A stretch of 64,000 nucleotides of DNA, from contig JBGAML010000013.1 of assembly GCA_044223005.1 (NCBI GenBank), positions 1-64,000 on the forward strand, written 5' to 3'. Shown here one piece after another: positions 26,865-36,166 of the stretch. The notes under the pieces were generated by a model. It ran no database searches and was not told the origin of the DNA. It saw only the letters and a list, made by a program, of their open reading frames with translations. Within the stretch, counting starts at the first letter, position 1. Every line of letters starts with the position of its first letter. The translations under genes and the position numbers were made by a program. Source of the stretch: Candidatus Eiseniibacteriota bacterium (GTDB lineage Bacteria > Eisenbacteria > RBG-16-71-46).

Positions 26865-28412
26865 GTGCCGGCCGCACGTCGCGATCTCGCATTCGCCGCC
26901 GCGTCGGGCCTCGTGCTCGGCGCGGCGTTCCTGCCCCTGCCGCTCGGCGGCCTGGCATGGATCGCCTTCGTGCCGCTGCTGGCCGCGCTCGAGCGCCGGC
27001 TCGCCGCGGGCGGAGGCGCCGCGTCCGGTTTCCGGCTCGGCTACGTCGCGGGCCTGGCGTTCTTCCTCACCGGCACGCACTGGATCGCGCTGCTTTCCGA
27101 CGTCGCCACGACGGTGCATTGGATCAAGTACCTCGGCTGGCTGCTCGCGGGCGGCTACCTCGCGCTCTACTGGGGCCTGGCGGTCGCGCTCGCGGCGTTC
27201 CTCGCGCGCCGCTCGGGGCTCGCCGCGCGCTGGACGTTCGTGCCCGCGATGCTGCTGGTGGAGGAGCTGCGCGGTTCGGGCGAGCTCGGGTTCCCGTGGT
27301 TCCAGCCCGGCTACACCCAGCACGCGCTTCCCTCGCTCGCGCTCGCCGCGTGGGGAAGCGTCACGCTCGTGACCGCGTGGGTGCTGCTGGTCAACGCCGC
27401 CGTGCGCGCCGCCGGCGAGCGCCGCTCGGTGGCGCGGCTCGCGCTGCTGGTGGCGCTGCTGGTGCTGCCGTTCGTGCCGCGCGCGTTCGTGCGCGGGCCG
27501 GTCGCGACCGGCGCCGGCGCCCCGGGCACGTTCGTGGCCCTCGTGCAGGGGAACGTGCCGGGCGAGATCAAGTGGTCCGGCACGCACCAGGACGAGATCC
27601 TCGCGTCGTTCCTCGCGCTCTCGGACACCGCGGCCGCGCGCCGCGGCCTGGACGGCCGCCCGCCGGCGCTCGTCGTCTGGCCCGAAACGGCCACGGGCAG
27701 CTACCTGCGCAAGCAACTCGAGCAGTCGATCGCCGTCGCGCGCTGGACGGCCTCGCACGGCATCGCGATCTTCACCGGCTTCGCGGACTACACGTATGGC
27801 GCCGACGGCAAGCCGCTCGCGTGGAACGCGGCCGGGCTCTGGGGCGTCGACGGCACGCCGTCCGGGCAGGTGTACGCGAAGCGCCACCTCGTGCCGTTCG
27901 GCGAGCGCATGCCGTTCCAGTGGCTGGTGCCCGCGATCGGCAAGCTCGACCTCGGCCAGGCCGAGTGGACGCCGGGAACGCGGGGCGTCGTGTTCCCGTC
28001 CGCGGCCGGCCCGTTCTCGTGCCTCGTCTGCTTCGAGTCGATCTTCCCCGACCTCGCGCGCGCCGATGTGCGTGCGGGTGCACGCATGCTGGTCGTGGTG
28101 ACCAACGACGAGTGGTTCGGCGACAGCGCGGCGCTCTACCAGCACGCGGACATGTCGCCGTTCCGCGCGGTCGAGAACGACGTGCCGCTGCTGCGCTGCG
28201 CCAACACGGGGATCACCGAGGTGATCGGGCCCGACGGCCGGATCGTCGCCCGGCTCCCGGCGTGGAAGGCGGCGGTGCTGACGGCGAGCGTGCCCCCGGC
28301 CGGTCCGCCGACCCCGTACGGGCGGTTCGGCGACTGGCCGGGGGCGTTCGCGCTCGTCAGTGCGCTGCTGCTGACGCTGCGGCGGTGGCGGCGGGCGCCG
28401 ACACCGGCGTGA
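26865..28412 (+). CDS. lnt: apolipoprotein N-acyltransferase
   Basis: TM N-terminus, GFPW, VQGN, WPETA, KRHLVPFGE, VCFESIFP, TNDEWFG, RAVEN, ANTGIT. Confidence 0.96.
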   Translation: MPAARRDLAFAAASGLVLGAAFLPLPLGGLAWIAFVPLLAALERRLAAGGGAASGFRLGYVAGLAFFLTGTHWIALLSDVATTVHWIKYLGWLLAGGYLALYWGLAVALAAFLARRSGLAARWTFVPAMLLVEELRGSGELGFPWFQPGYTQHALPSLALAAWGSVTLVTAWVLLVNAAVRAAGERRSVARLALLVALLVLPFVPRAFVRGPVATGAGAPGTFVALVQGNVPGEIKWSGTHQDEILASFLALSDTAAARRGLDGRPPALVVWPETATGSYLRKQLEQSIAVARWTASHGIAIFTGFADYTYGADGKPLAWNAAGLWGVDGTPSGQVYAKRHLVPFGERMPFQWLVPAIGKLDLGQAEWTPGTRGVVFPSAAGPFSCLVCFESIFPDLARADVRAGARMLVVVTNDEWFGDSAALYQHADMSPFRAVENDVPLLRCANTGITEVIGPDGRIVARLPAWKAAVLTASVPPAGPPTPYGRFGDWPGAFALVSALLLTLRRWRRAPTPA

Positions 28413-29247
28413 CGAGGCCGCTCGCCAGGTCGTAGACCGCGCTCACGACCTTGAGCTCGCCCTTCGCGACCGCATCGCGGAGCACCTCGCTGTTGCCCAC
28501 GACGTCCGTGGCGCTCTGTCGGGCATTGGCGATCACGCAGCGCTGTACGAGCTCGTCGCCCTCGAAGCAGGGCGACAGCCGTTCCACCGTCGGGTGGATG
28601 CGGTCGACGATCGCCTGCAGGTGCGTGGTCGGCATCGTGCCGCCCGCGACCGCGGCCTTGACCGCGCCGCAGCCACCGTGACCCAGGACCACGAGCAGCT
28701 TGGGGTGCAGGTGCTCGACGGCGTATTCGATCGAGCCGAGCGCGATGGGGTCGACGATGTTGCCGGCCGTGCGCACGACGAACAGCTGGCCGAGCGTCTG
28801 GTCGAACACGATCTCGGGGCTGACGCGGCTGTCCGCACAGCCGAGCACGATCGCGCGCGGGTGCTGGCCGGAGACGAGCGCCGCGCGTTCGCGATCGAAC
28901 TGCCGCGCGAGCGGATGATCGCCGACGAAGCGCCGGTTGCCGGCGAGCAGCGAACCCCAGACCGCGTCGGCCGTGCTGTCGGCCCCGGCGGCTTCCTCGT
29001 GCGCCGGCGCGGCGGTCGCCGCGTGCGCGTGCCGCGGCGTCGCCAGCGTGGCCGGGTGGGAGACGAGCGGCGCTGGCGTGACGTCGGCGGGCGGCTTCGC
29101 GAGCCCGGCGGCGACGCCCTGCGCGATGCGGTCGCGGATGGAGGCCGCGTCCTGCGCGGGATCGCCCGCGCGCGCGGGCGTGGAAGTGGCGATGAGGGCG
29201 AGCGCGAGGAGCAGTGGCGCCGCGCCCGTCAGGCGATGGGTCGTCAT
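28357..29247 (-). CDS. exported beta-class carbonic anhydrase
   Basis: Signal peptide and Ala/Pro-rich linker, then GNRRF, GQHP, LGCADSRV, GQLFVVRTAGN, LGHGGCGAV. Confidence 0.93.
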   Translation of the reverse strand: MTTHRLTGAAPLLLALALIATSTPARAGDPAQDAASIRDRIAQGVAAGLAKPPADVTPAPLVSHPATLATPRHAHAATAAPAHEEAAGADSTADAVWGSLLAGNRRFVGDHPLARQFDRERAALVSGQHPRAIVLGCADSRVSPEIVFDQTLGQLFVVRTAGNIVDPIALGSIEYAVEHLHPKLLVVLGHGGCGAVKAAVAGGTMPTTHLQAIVDRIHPTVERLSPCFEGDELVQRCVIANARQSATDVVGNSEVLRDAVAKGELKVVSAVYDLASGLVTPVSAPAATAAASAAAH

Positions 29248-29391
29248 GGCGAAACCTCGGGAAGTGTGCCGCGTCGGCACCGGTCGCGCCGGCGCCGCGA
29301 ATGGAGGAGGGGCACGTGGATCCGCGCCGGGCGTCGCCGGGGGCAAGGGAGTCGCGCCGGCGGCCGTGGAACGGCCCGGATCCACCTCCCA

Positions 29392-29418
29392 GTCTCGGCG
29401 GAACGAGCCGCGACTTGA
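29392..29418 (-). promoter_or_regulatory. candidate sigma28 (FliA/WhiG)-like promoter for the carbonic anhydrase
   Basis: Minus strand reads TCAA-N15-GCCGAGAC versus the TAAA-N15-GCCGATAA consensus. Confidence 0.45.
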
Positions 29419-29423
29419 ACGCG

Positions 29424-29453
29424 TTGACAGTGCCCGCCCGTGCCGCCTAGATT
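29424..29453 (+). promoter_or_regulatory. sigma70-type promoter TTGACA-N18-TAGATT for the asd operon
   Basis: Near-consensus hexamers read directly. Confidence 0.75.
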
Positions 29454-29571
29454 CCGGAATCGATTCCCGCTCCAGTACTGCATACCAGCGTCAACCCGCG
29501 TTCGCGCTGGCGATTCCGCCGGGAGATCCGGAACTCGTCCGCGCCGTGACGCGGGCCACCGGGAGGCCACT

Positions 29572-30594
29572 TTGAGCAGCCGTACGGTCGCGATCCTCGG
29601 AGCCACGGGGCAGGTCGGCCGCACCATGCTGGCGACGCTCGAGGAGCGCGCCTTTCCGCTCGACACGCTGCGCCTGCTCGCGAGCCCGCGCAACGCCGGG
29701 CGCACGCTCCGCTTCCGCGGCCGCGAGATCCCCGTCGAGCCCGTGAGCGATTCCGCCTTCGCCGGCGTCGACATCGCGCTCTTCGCGGTCAAGAACCCGA
29801 TCGCGCAGCAGTGGTCGGGTCCCGCGCAGGCGGCCGGCGCGGTGGTGATCGACAACAGCAGCGCCTACCGCTACGACGATCGCGTGCCGCTCGTGGTGCC
29901 CGAGGTGAACGGCGACCTGCTCGACGCGCGCCCGACCCTGGTCGCGAACCCGAACTGCTCCGCGGCCCCGGTGGTGGTGGCGCTCGAGGCGCTGCGGCCG
30001 CTCGGCGTGCTGAAGAAGCTCTTCGTCTCGACCTACCAGTCCGTCTCGGGCGCAGGTTCGGCCGCTCTCGACGAGCTCGAGCGCGGCATCCGTCACGGGC
30101 TCTCCGGCGCGACGCCGCCCGAGCGCACCGACGGCGGCGCGCCGTTCGCGTACAACTGCATCCCGCAGATCGACCGGTTCGAGGACAACGGCTACACGCG
30201 CGAGGAGATGAAGGTCGTGTGGGAGACGCGCAAGATCCTGCGCATGCCCGACCTGCCCGTGAGCGTGACGGCCGTCCGCGTGCCGGTGCGCATCGGCCAC
30301 AGCGCGGCCGTGCACGCGATCTACGACCGGCCGGTCGATCCCGAGGCGGCGCGCGAACGCTGGCGCGCGTTCCCGGGACTCGAGGTCTGCGACGATCCCG
30401 CGCACATGGTCTACCCGACGCCGCTCGCGGTCGCGGGGCGCGACCCGGTGATCGTCGGCCGGGCGCGTCGCGATCTCGCGGAGCCCAACGGGCTCGCGTT
30501 CTTCTACGTGTCGGACAACCTGCGCAAGGGCGCGGCGCTAAACGCCGTGCAGATCGCGGAACGCTGGCTGGCGGCGCCCGCGGGCTCGCGGTGA
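29572..30594 (+). CDS. asd: aspartate-semialdehyde dehydrogenase
   Basis: Motifs GATGQVG, IDNSS, PLVVPEVN, ANPNCS, TYQSVSGAG, RVPV..GHS, DNLRKGAALNAVQIAE; TTG start after GGAGG. Confidence 0.96.
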   Translation: MSSRTVAILGATGQVGRTMLATLEERAFPLDTLRLLASPRNAGRTLRFRGREIPVEPVSDSAFAGVDIALFAVKNPIAQQWSGPAQAAGAVVIDNSSAYRYDDRVPLVVPEVNGDLLDARPTLVANPNCSAAPVVVALEALRPLGVLKKLFVSTYQSVSGAGSAALDELERGIRHGLSGATPPERTDGGAPFAYNCIPQIDRFEDNGYTREEMKVVWETRKILRMPDLPVSVTAVRVPVRIGHSAAVHAIYDRPVDPEAARERWRAFPGLEVCDDPAHMVYPTPLAVAGRDPVIVGRARRDLAEPNGLAFFYVSDNLRKGAALNAVQIAERWLAAPAGSR

Positions 30595-31349
30595 ACGAGA
30601 CGCCCGTCTTCCGCCTGACGGTGGCGTACGACGGGACGGATTTCCACGGCTGGCAGAAGCAACCCGGGCTGCGGACGGTGCAGGGCGAGCTGGAACGCGC
30701 CCTCGCCGCCGCGCTGGAGGTGGAATCGGTGACGGTGCACGGAGCGGGGCGGACCGACGCGGGAGTGCACGCCCGCGGCCAGGTCGCGTCCTTCGCGGCG
30801 GCGACGACGCTCCCGGCGCGCGCGATCGCGGCGCGGGCGAAGCACGCGCTGCCCGCCGACGTGCGCATCGTGGCCGCGGCCGAGGCACCGCCCGGATTCC
30901 ACGCGCGGCACTCGGCGCGGGCGCGCCGCTACGCCTACCGGCTGCTCGACCGCGACGACGTCATGCTCGACCGTTACGCGTGGTGCCCGGGGACGCCGGT
31001 CGACGGCGTAGCGCTGCAGGCCGCAGTCGCCCCGCTCGCCGGACGCCACGACTGCTCGGCGTTCGAAGCGGCCGGGAGTTCGCCCGCCGAGCCGGTGTGC
31101 TCGATCGTGGAGGCGCGCTGGAGCCGCGCCGAGGGCGGATGGCGGTTCGACGTCGAGGCCGACCACTTCCTCTATCACATGGTCCGCAACCTGGTCGGGA
31201 CGTCGCTGCGCGCGATGCGCGCGCCGGACCCGGCCGCCCACATGTCCGAGGTGCTGGCGTCGCGCGATCGCGCGCGCGCCGGTGCCACGGCTCCCGCGCG
31301 GGCGCTCAGCCTGGAGCGGGTTCGCTACGAAGGAGACGGAGAGGAGTGA
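30591..31349 (+). CDS. truA: tRNA pseudouridine(38-40) synthase
   Basis: Motifs YDGTDFHGWQ, GAGRTDAGVHA, FHAR, FLYHMVRNLVG. Confidence 0.96.
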   Translation: MNETPVFRLTVAYDGTDFHGWQKQPGLRTVQGELERALAAALEVESVTVHGAGRTDAGVHARGQVASFAAATTLPARAIAARAKHALPADVRIVAAAEAPPGFHARHSARARRYAYRLLDRDDVMLDRYAWCPGTPVDGVALQAAVAPLAGRHDCSAFEAAGSSPAEPVCSIVEARWSRAEGGWRFDVEADHFLYHMVRNLVGTSLRAMRAPDPAAHMSEVLASRDRARAGATAPARALSLERVRYEGDGEE

Positions 31350-32515
31350 AGATCCTCATGCGGTTCGCGAGCGCGATGGTGTTCCTGGGTGGCCTCGCCA
31401 TCGGGGCCGGAGTCATGGCGGGCGTGCCCCATCCGCCGGCGCCCGGCGGGCGCGACGCGGACGGGGACGGCATCTCCGGCTCGCGGCGCACGGCGATCGT
31501 GCGTGCCGCCGAGCGCGTGAGCCCGGCGGTCGTCTCGGTGAACGTGGTCACCACGCGCGTGGTCACCACGGATCCTTTCGGCGGCATGATCCCGAACATG
31601 CGGGACGAGTTCTGGGACCGCTTCTTCGGCCCGCGGCGGCAGTACAGCGAGAAGATCCCGAGCCTGGGTTCGGGCGTGATCGTGGACGCGTCGGGCATCG
31701 TGCTCACCAACTCGCACGTGATCGAGAATGCGGACGAGATCACCGTGAACCTGCCCGACGGGCGGCACTTTCCGGCCAAGGTGCTCGGCGACTCGCGCGT
31801 GTACGACCTCGCCGTGCTGCAGATCCAGGGGGGCGAGAAGCTGCCCGTGGCGACGCTCGGCAACAGCGATTCGCTGGTGGTGGGTGAGTGGGCGATCGCG
31901 ATCGGCAATCCGTTCGGCCTGCTGCTCGACGATCCGCAGCCGACGGTCACGGCGGGCGTCGTGAGCGCCACGCGCCGCGACATCAAGAGCGGCGCGACCG
32001 GCGGCGGCGCGAGCGTCTACAAGAACATGATCCAGACCGACGCCGCCATCAATCCCGGCAACAGCGGCGGCGCGCTCGTGAACGGCGACGGCGTCGTGAT
32101 CGGGATCAACACGTTCATCTTCACGTCGGGTGGCGGCTCGATCGGGCTCGGGTTCGCGATCCCGATCAACGTCGCGAAGCGCCTGCTCGCGGAGATCCGC
32201 CAGTACGGCCGCGTGCGGCAGGCCTGGCCCGGCATGACGGTGCAGGACGTGAACGAGTACCTCGCGCGCCGGCTCGGCTGGGACAGCACCGAGGGCCTCG
32301 TCGTGACCAAGGTCGATCCGCGCGGACCGGCCGCGCGCGCGGGCATCGTGGTGGGCGACCGGGTGCGCAAGGTGAACGGGCGCGTGACCAACAGCGCCGA
32401 CGACGTGCCGGCCAGCATCTACGGAGCGCAGGTCGGCGACAAGCTCACGTTCGAGATCGAGCGCGAGGGCAAGCGCTCGACCATCACGCTCGTGCTCGAG
32501 GAGGCGCCGCGCTGA
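31346..32515 (+). CDS. htrA: HtrA/DegP-family serine protease with one PDZ domain
   Basis: Motifs GSGVIV, TNSHV, DLAVL, IQTDAAINPGNSGG, GLGFAIP; C-terminal PDZ. Confidence 0.93.
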   Translation: MKILMRFASAMVFLGGLAIGAGVMAGVPHPPAPGGRDADGDGISGSRRTAIVRAAERVSPAVVSVNVVTTRVVTTDPFGGMIPNMRDEFWDRFFGPRRQYSEKIPSLGSGVIVDASGIVLTNSHVIENADEITVNLPDGRHFPAKVLGDSRVYDLAVLQIQGGEKLPVATLGNSDSLVVGEWAIAIGNPFGLLLDDPQPTVTAGVVSATRRDIKSGATGGGASVYKNMIQTDAAINPGNSGGALVNGDGVVIGINTFIFTSGGGSIGLGFAIPINVAKRLLAEIRQYGRVRQAWPGMTVQDVNEYLARRLGWDSTEGLVVTKVDPRGPAARAGIVVGDRVRKVNGRVTNSADDVPASIYGAQVGDKLTFEIEREGKRSTITLVLEEAPR

Positions 32516-32516
32516 C

Positions 32517-33818
32517 ATGATCGAACGCTACCGGCGTCCGGAGATGGCGAAGGTCTGGAGCGACGAGCACCGGCTCGAGCTCTGGCTCGACGTCGAGCTC
32601 GCTGCGACGGCGGCGCGCGAGGCGCGCGACGAGGTGCCGCGCGGGACCACGGACCGCATCCGCGCGCAGGCGCACCTGGACCTCGACCGCATGCAGGCGC
32701 TCGAGGCCGAGGTGCACCACGACGTCATCGCGTTCCTGAGCATGGTGGCCGAGACCGCCGGCGACGACGCGCGGCACCTGCACGTCGGCATGACGTCCTC
32801 GGACCTGGTCGACTCCGCACTCGCCTGCCAGCTGCAGGAGGCCGGGCGGGTGCTGGCCGACGGCGTGCGGCGCGTGCGCCGCGCGGCCTGGGCGCTGGCG
32901 CAGGCGCATCGCCGGACCGTGATGGTGGGGCGCACGCACGGCGTGCACGCCGAACCGATCACGTTCGGGCTCAAGTGCCTGGTGTGGAGCGAAGAGTTGG
33001 GGCGCGGGCTGGACCGGCTGGAGACGGCACTCGGCGAATGCGCGATCGGCAAGCTGAGCGGCGCGGTGGGCACGCTCGCGCACCTCGATCCCGAGCTCGA
33101 GAACGCCGCGCTCACGTCGCTGGGGCTCGCGCCCGAGCCGGTGGCGAACCAGGTCGTGCAGCGCGACCGGCACGCGGCGCTGCTCGCGAGCCTGGCGCTG
33201 CTCGGGGGCACGTTCGAGAAGATCGCGCTCGAGATCCGTCACCTCATGCGCACCGAGGTGCGCGAGGCGGAAGAGCCCTTCACCGAGCGGCAGAAGGGCT
33301 CGTCGGCGATGCCGCACAAGCGCAATCCCGTGCGCTGCGAGCGCGTCTGCGGGCTCGCCCGGCTGCTGCGCGGCTACGCGATCGCCGGGTTCGAGGACCA
33401 GGCGCTGTGGCACGAGCGCGACATCAGCCACTCGTCGGTCGAGCGCGTCGTGCTGGCCGACGCGTTCCTCGTCGCCGACTTCATGGCGCACGATCTCGCC
33501 TGGGTGCTGGAGGGCCTGCGCGTGCATCCGGAGCGGATGCGCGCGAACCTCGACGCCGGCGGCGGGCTCGTGTATTCGCAGCGCGTCCTGCTCGCGCTCA
33601 CCGCGGGCGGGCTGGTGCGCGACGAGGCGTACCGCGTCGTGCAGCGGCACGCGCTGGCGGCGGCGGACGGGGGCCCCGAGTTCCGGACCGCGCTCGCGGC
33701 CGACCCGGCGGTGACGGCCGTGCTCGACCCGGCGGCGCTCGCGGCCTGCTTCGACCCCGCCCACTTCCTGCGTCACGTCGACGCGATCTACGCCCGCGCC
33801 GAGGAGCCCCGCACGTGA
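32517..33818 (+). CDS. purB: adenylosuccinate lyase
   Basis: Motifs MIERY, HDVIAF, TSSD, GRTHGVHAEP, GSSAMPHKRNP, LWHERDISHSSVER. Confidence 0.97.
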   Translation: MIERYRRPEMAKVWSDEHRLELWLDVELAATAAREARDEVPRGTTDRIRAQAHLDLDRMQALEAEVHHDVIAFLSMVAETAGDDARHLHVGMTSSDLVDSALACQLQEAGRVLADGVRRVRRAAWALAQAHRRTVMVGRTHGVHAEPITFGLKCLVWSEELGRGLDRLETALGECAIGKLSGAVGTLAHLDPELENAALTSLGLAPEPVANQVVQRDRHAALLASLALLGGTFEKIALEIRHLMRTEVREAEEPFTERQKGSSAMPHKRNPVRCERVCGLARLLRGYAIAGFEDQALWHERDISHSSVERVVLADAFLVADFMAHDLAWVLEGLRVHPERMRANLDAGGGLVYSQRVLLALTAGGLVRDEAYRVVQRHALAAADGGPEFRTALAADPAVTAVLDPAALAACFDPAHFLRHVDAIYARAEEPRT

Positions 33819-36166
33819 GCCCGCTCGCCGCCGCACCCGCGTGGGACGTCGCCGAGGCGCGCGACCCCGCCGCGGTGTCGGCGCGGTTGTGCACGCACGG
33901 CGTCGCGCTCGAGCCGGACGAGGTGACGCTGCTCGGGGAACTCCTCGGGCGGCCGCCGCGGTGGGCCGAGGCCGTGCTCTTCGGCATCCTCTGGAGCGAG
34001 CACTGCTCGTACAAGTCGACGCGACACCTGCTGAGGCGCCTTCCCACGGAGGCGCCTCAGGTCGTCCTGGGCCCGGGCGAGGACGCCGGCGTCGTCGCGC
34101 TGCCCGAGCCGTGCACGGATACGGTGCTCGTGCTCGGGCACGAGAGCCACAACCACCCGAGCCAGGTGCTGCCCGTCGAAGGCGCGGCGACCGGCGTCGG
34201 CGGCATCGTGCGCGACATCGTGTGCATGGGCGCGGAGGTGGTCGGCGTGCTCGACGCGCTGCGCTTCGGCGACCCCGCGAGCGGCGTGCACGTGCGCGAC
34301 GTGATGCGCGGCGTGGTCGAGGGCATCGCGGGCTACGCGAATCCGCTCGGCGTACCGAACCTGGGCGGCGACACGGTGTTCGACGCGGGCTACGGCGACA
34401 ACTGCCTCGTCAACGTGATGGCGGTAGGGCTGGCGCCGGCCGACGGCGTGCTGCGCAGCCGCGTGCCCGAGGGCCCGGGCCCGTGGACGTTCGTGCTCGT
34501 GGGCAAGCCGACCGACGAGAGCGGCTTCGGCGGCGCGGCGTTCGCCTCCGACGCGCTCGGCGCGGTCGACCAGCGGGGCGCGGTGCAGCTCCCGGATCCG
34601 TTCCTCAAGCGCGTGTTGAACGTGGCGACGTACGAGGCGTTCCGCCGCCTGCGCGGCCGCGGCGTGCCGTGCGGTTTCAAGGATCTCGGCGCCGGCGGCA
34701 TCGCCTGCGCGACCAGCGAGCTCGCCGCGGCCGGCGGCTGCGGGGCACGCATCACGCTCGACGACGCGCACCGCGTCGAACGCGCGCTGCCGCCCGAGGT
34801 GCTGCTCTGCGCCGAGACGCAGGAGCGCTACTGCTGGGTCGTCCCGGCGGCCGAGGCGCCGGCGCTGCTGGCGCTCTACAACGACGAGTTCGCGCTCGGG
34901 CGCGTGCATCCCGGCGCGGGCGCGCGCGCGATCGGCACCGCAACCGCCGAACGCCGCTACGTGGTCACGTGGGCGGGCGAGACGCTGGTGGACTGCGACG
35001 TCGACGCGATCACGGCCGGCCGGCGCATCGAGCGCCCGGCCCGTGCGCGCGCACGCGAGCCGCTGCCGCCGCGGCCGAAGCGCCGCGCGGTGGACCATCA
35101 CTCGGCGCTGCGCACGCTGCTGCGTGGCGACCACCTCGGCTCGCGCGAGTACCTCGTGCGCCACTACGACACCGAGGTGCAGGGGCGCACGTGGCTGCGG
35201 CCGTGCGAAGGCGACGCGGCCGTGATCCGCGTGCATCCGGACCGCCCGACCGGTGTGGCGTTCGCCGTCGGCGGGAACCCGCACTGGTGCGCGGGTGATC
35301 CGGACCTCGGCGCGCGGCACGCGGTCGCCGAGGCGGCTCGTCGCGTCGCGGTGGTGGGCGCGCGGCCGTGGGCGCTCACCGACTGCCTCAACTTCGGGCA
35401 CCCGGAAGACCCCGAGGTGATGGGCGACCTCGAGGCCACGATCGCGGGGCTCGCGGCCGCGGCGCGCGCGCTCGGCGGCCTCGCGGCGCCGGGGCAGCCG
35501 CTGCCGTTCGTGAGCGGGAACGTGAGCCTGTACAACCAGACGGGCACGCGTGCGATCCCGCCGTCGCCGATCGTGATGTGCTCCGGCGTCGTGCGCGACG
35601 TGACGACGCTGCCCGGGCAGGCGCTGCGGCATCCGGGGAGCGTGCTCGTGCTGGTCGGCGAACCGCGCGACGGCCTGGAGGGCTCGGCGTACCGGCGCGA
35701 GATCCTGAAGGCCCCCTCGGGGCCGCCGCCCGCGCTCGGCCTGGAGCACGAGGCGCGGCTGCAGGCGCTCGCGGTGCAGGCGGCGGAGGGCCGCTGGGTG
35801 AGCGCGGCGCACGCGCTCGGCAGCGGCGGGCTCGCGGTCGCGCTCGCCGAGATGCTGCTCGCGGCGCCGGCGGAGGAGCCGCTGGGGCTCGAAGCGAACC
35901 TCGATTCGCTCGAGGTCGAGCCCGGGGTCGCGCTCTTCTGCGAGCGGCCGGGCATCGTCTACGAGGTCGGTTTCGAGCGGCTGCCGCGGCTGTCGCAGGC
36001 CGCGCGCGAACTGGGACTCGTCGCCTGGCCCGTCGGCACCGTGACGACCCAGCCGCTGCTGCGCGCGCTGCTGCCCGGCGGCGCCACGGTCTCGTGGACG
36101 GTGGAGGAACTGCGCGACGCGTGGACGAGCGCGTTGCCGAGGCGCTGGAACGAGGAGGGGGCATGA
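33815..36166 (+). CDS. purL: FGAM synthase, small-type PurL subunit
   Basis: Motifs WSEHCSYKS, GPGEDAGV, ESHNHPS, GAATGVGGIVRD, DLGAGG, TDCLNFG, SGNVSLYN. Confidence 0.96.
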   Translation: MSPLAAAPAWDVAEARDPAAVSARLCTHGVALEPDEVTLLGELLGRPPRWAEAVLFGILWSEHCSYKSTRHLLRRLPTEAPQVVLGPGEDAGVVALPEPCTDTVLVLGHESHNHPSQVLPVEGAATGVGGIVRDIVCMGAEVVGVLDALRFGDPASGVHVRDVMRGVVEGIAGYANPLGVPNLGGDTVFDAGYGDNCLVNVMAVGLAPADGVLRSRVPEGPGPWTFVLVGKPTDESGFGGAAFASDALGAVDQRGAVQLPDPFLKRVLNVATYEAFRRLRGRGVPCGFKDLGAGGIACATSELAAAGGCGARITLDDAHRVERALPPEVLLCAETQERYCWVVPAAEAPALLALYNDEFALGRVHPGAGARAIGTATAERRYVVTWAGETLVDCDVDAITAGRRIERPARARAREPLPPRPKRRAVDHHSALRTLLRGDHLGSREYLVRHYDTEVQGRTWLRPCEGDAAVIRVHPDRPTGVAFAVGGNPHWCAGDPDLGARHAVAEAARRVAVVGARPWALTDCLNFGHPEDPEVMGDLEATIAGLAAAARALGGLAAPGQPLPFVSGNVSLYNQTGTRAIPPSPIVMCSGVVRDVTTLPGQALRHPGSVLVLVGEPRDGLEGSAYRREILKAPSGPPPALGLEHEARLQALAVQAAEGRWVSAAHALGSGGLAVALAEMLLAAPAEEPLGLEANLDSLEVEPGVALFCERPGIVYEVGFERLPRLSQAARELGLVAWPVGTVTTQPLLRALLPGGATVSWTVEELRDAWTSALPRRWNEEGA

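Noticed and set aside
32975..33814. N-terminal extensions in the ORF track (e.g. 1063-aa purL, 978-aa batD, 818-aa lnt, 705-aa purM)
   Set aside because: The extensions overlap the upstream gene out of frame. Real starts lie at the stop/start overlaps or after SD sequences, so these are not fusions.
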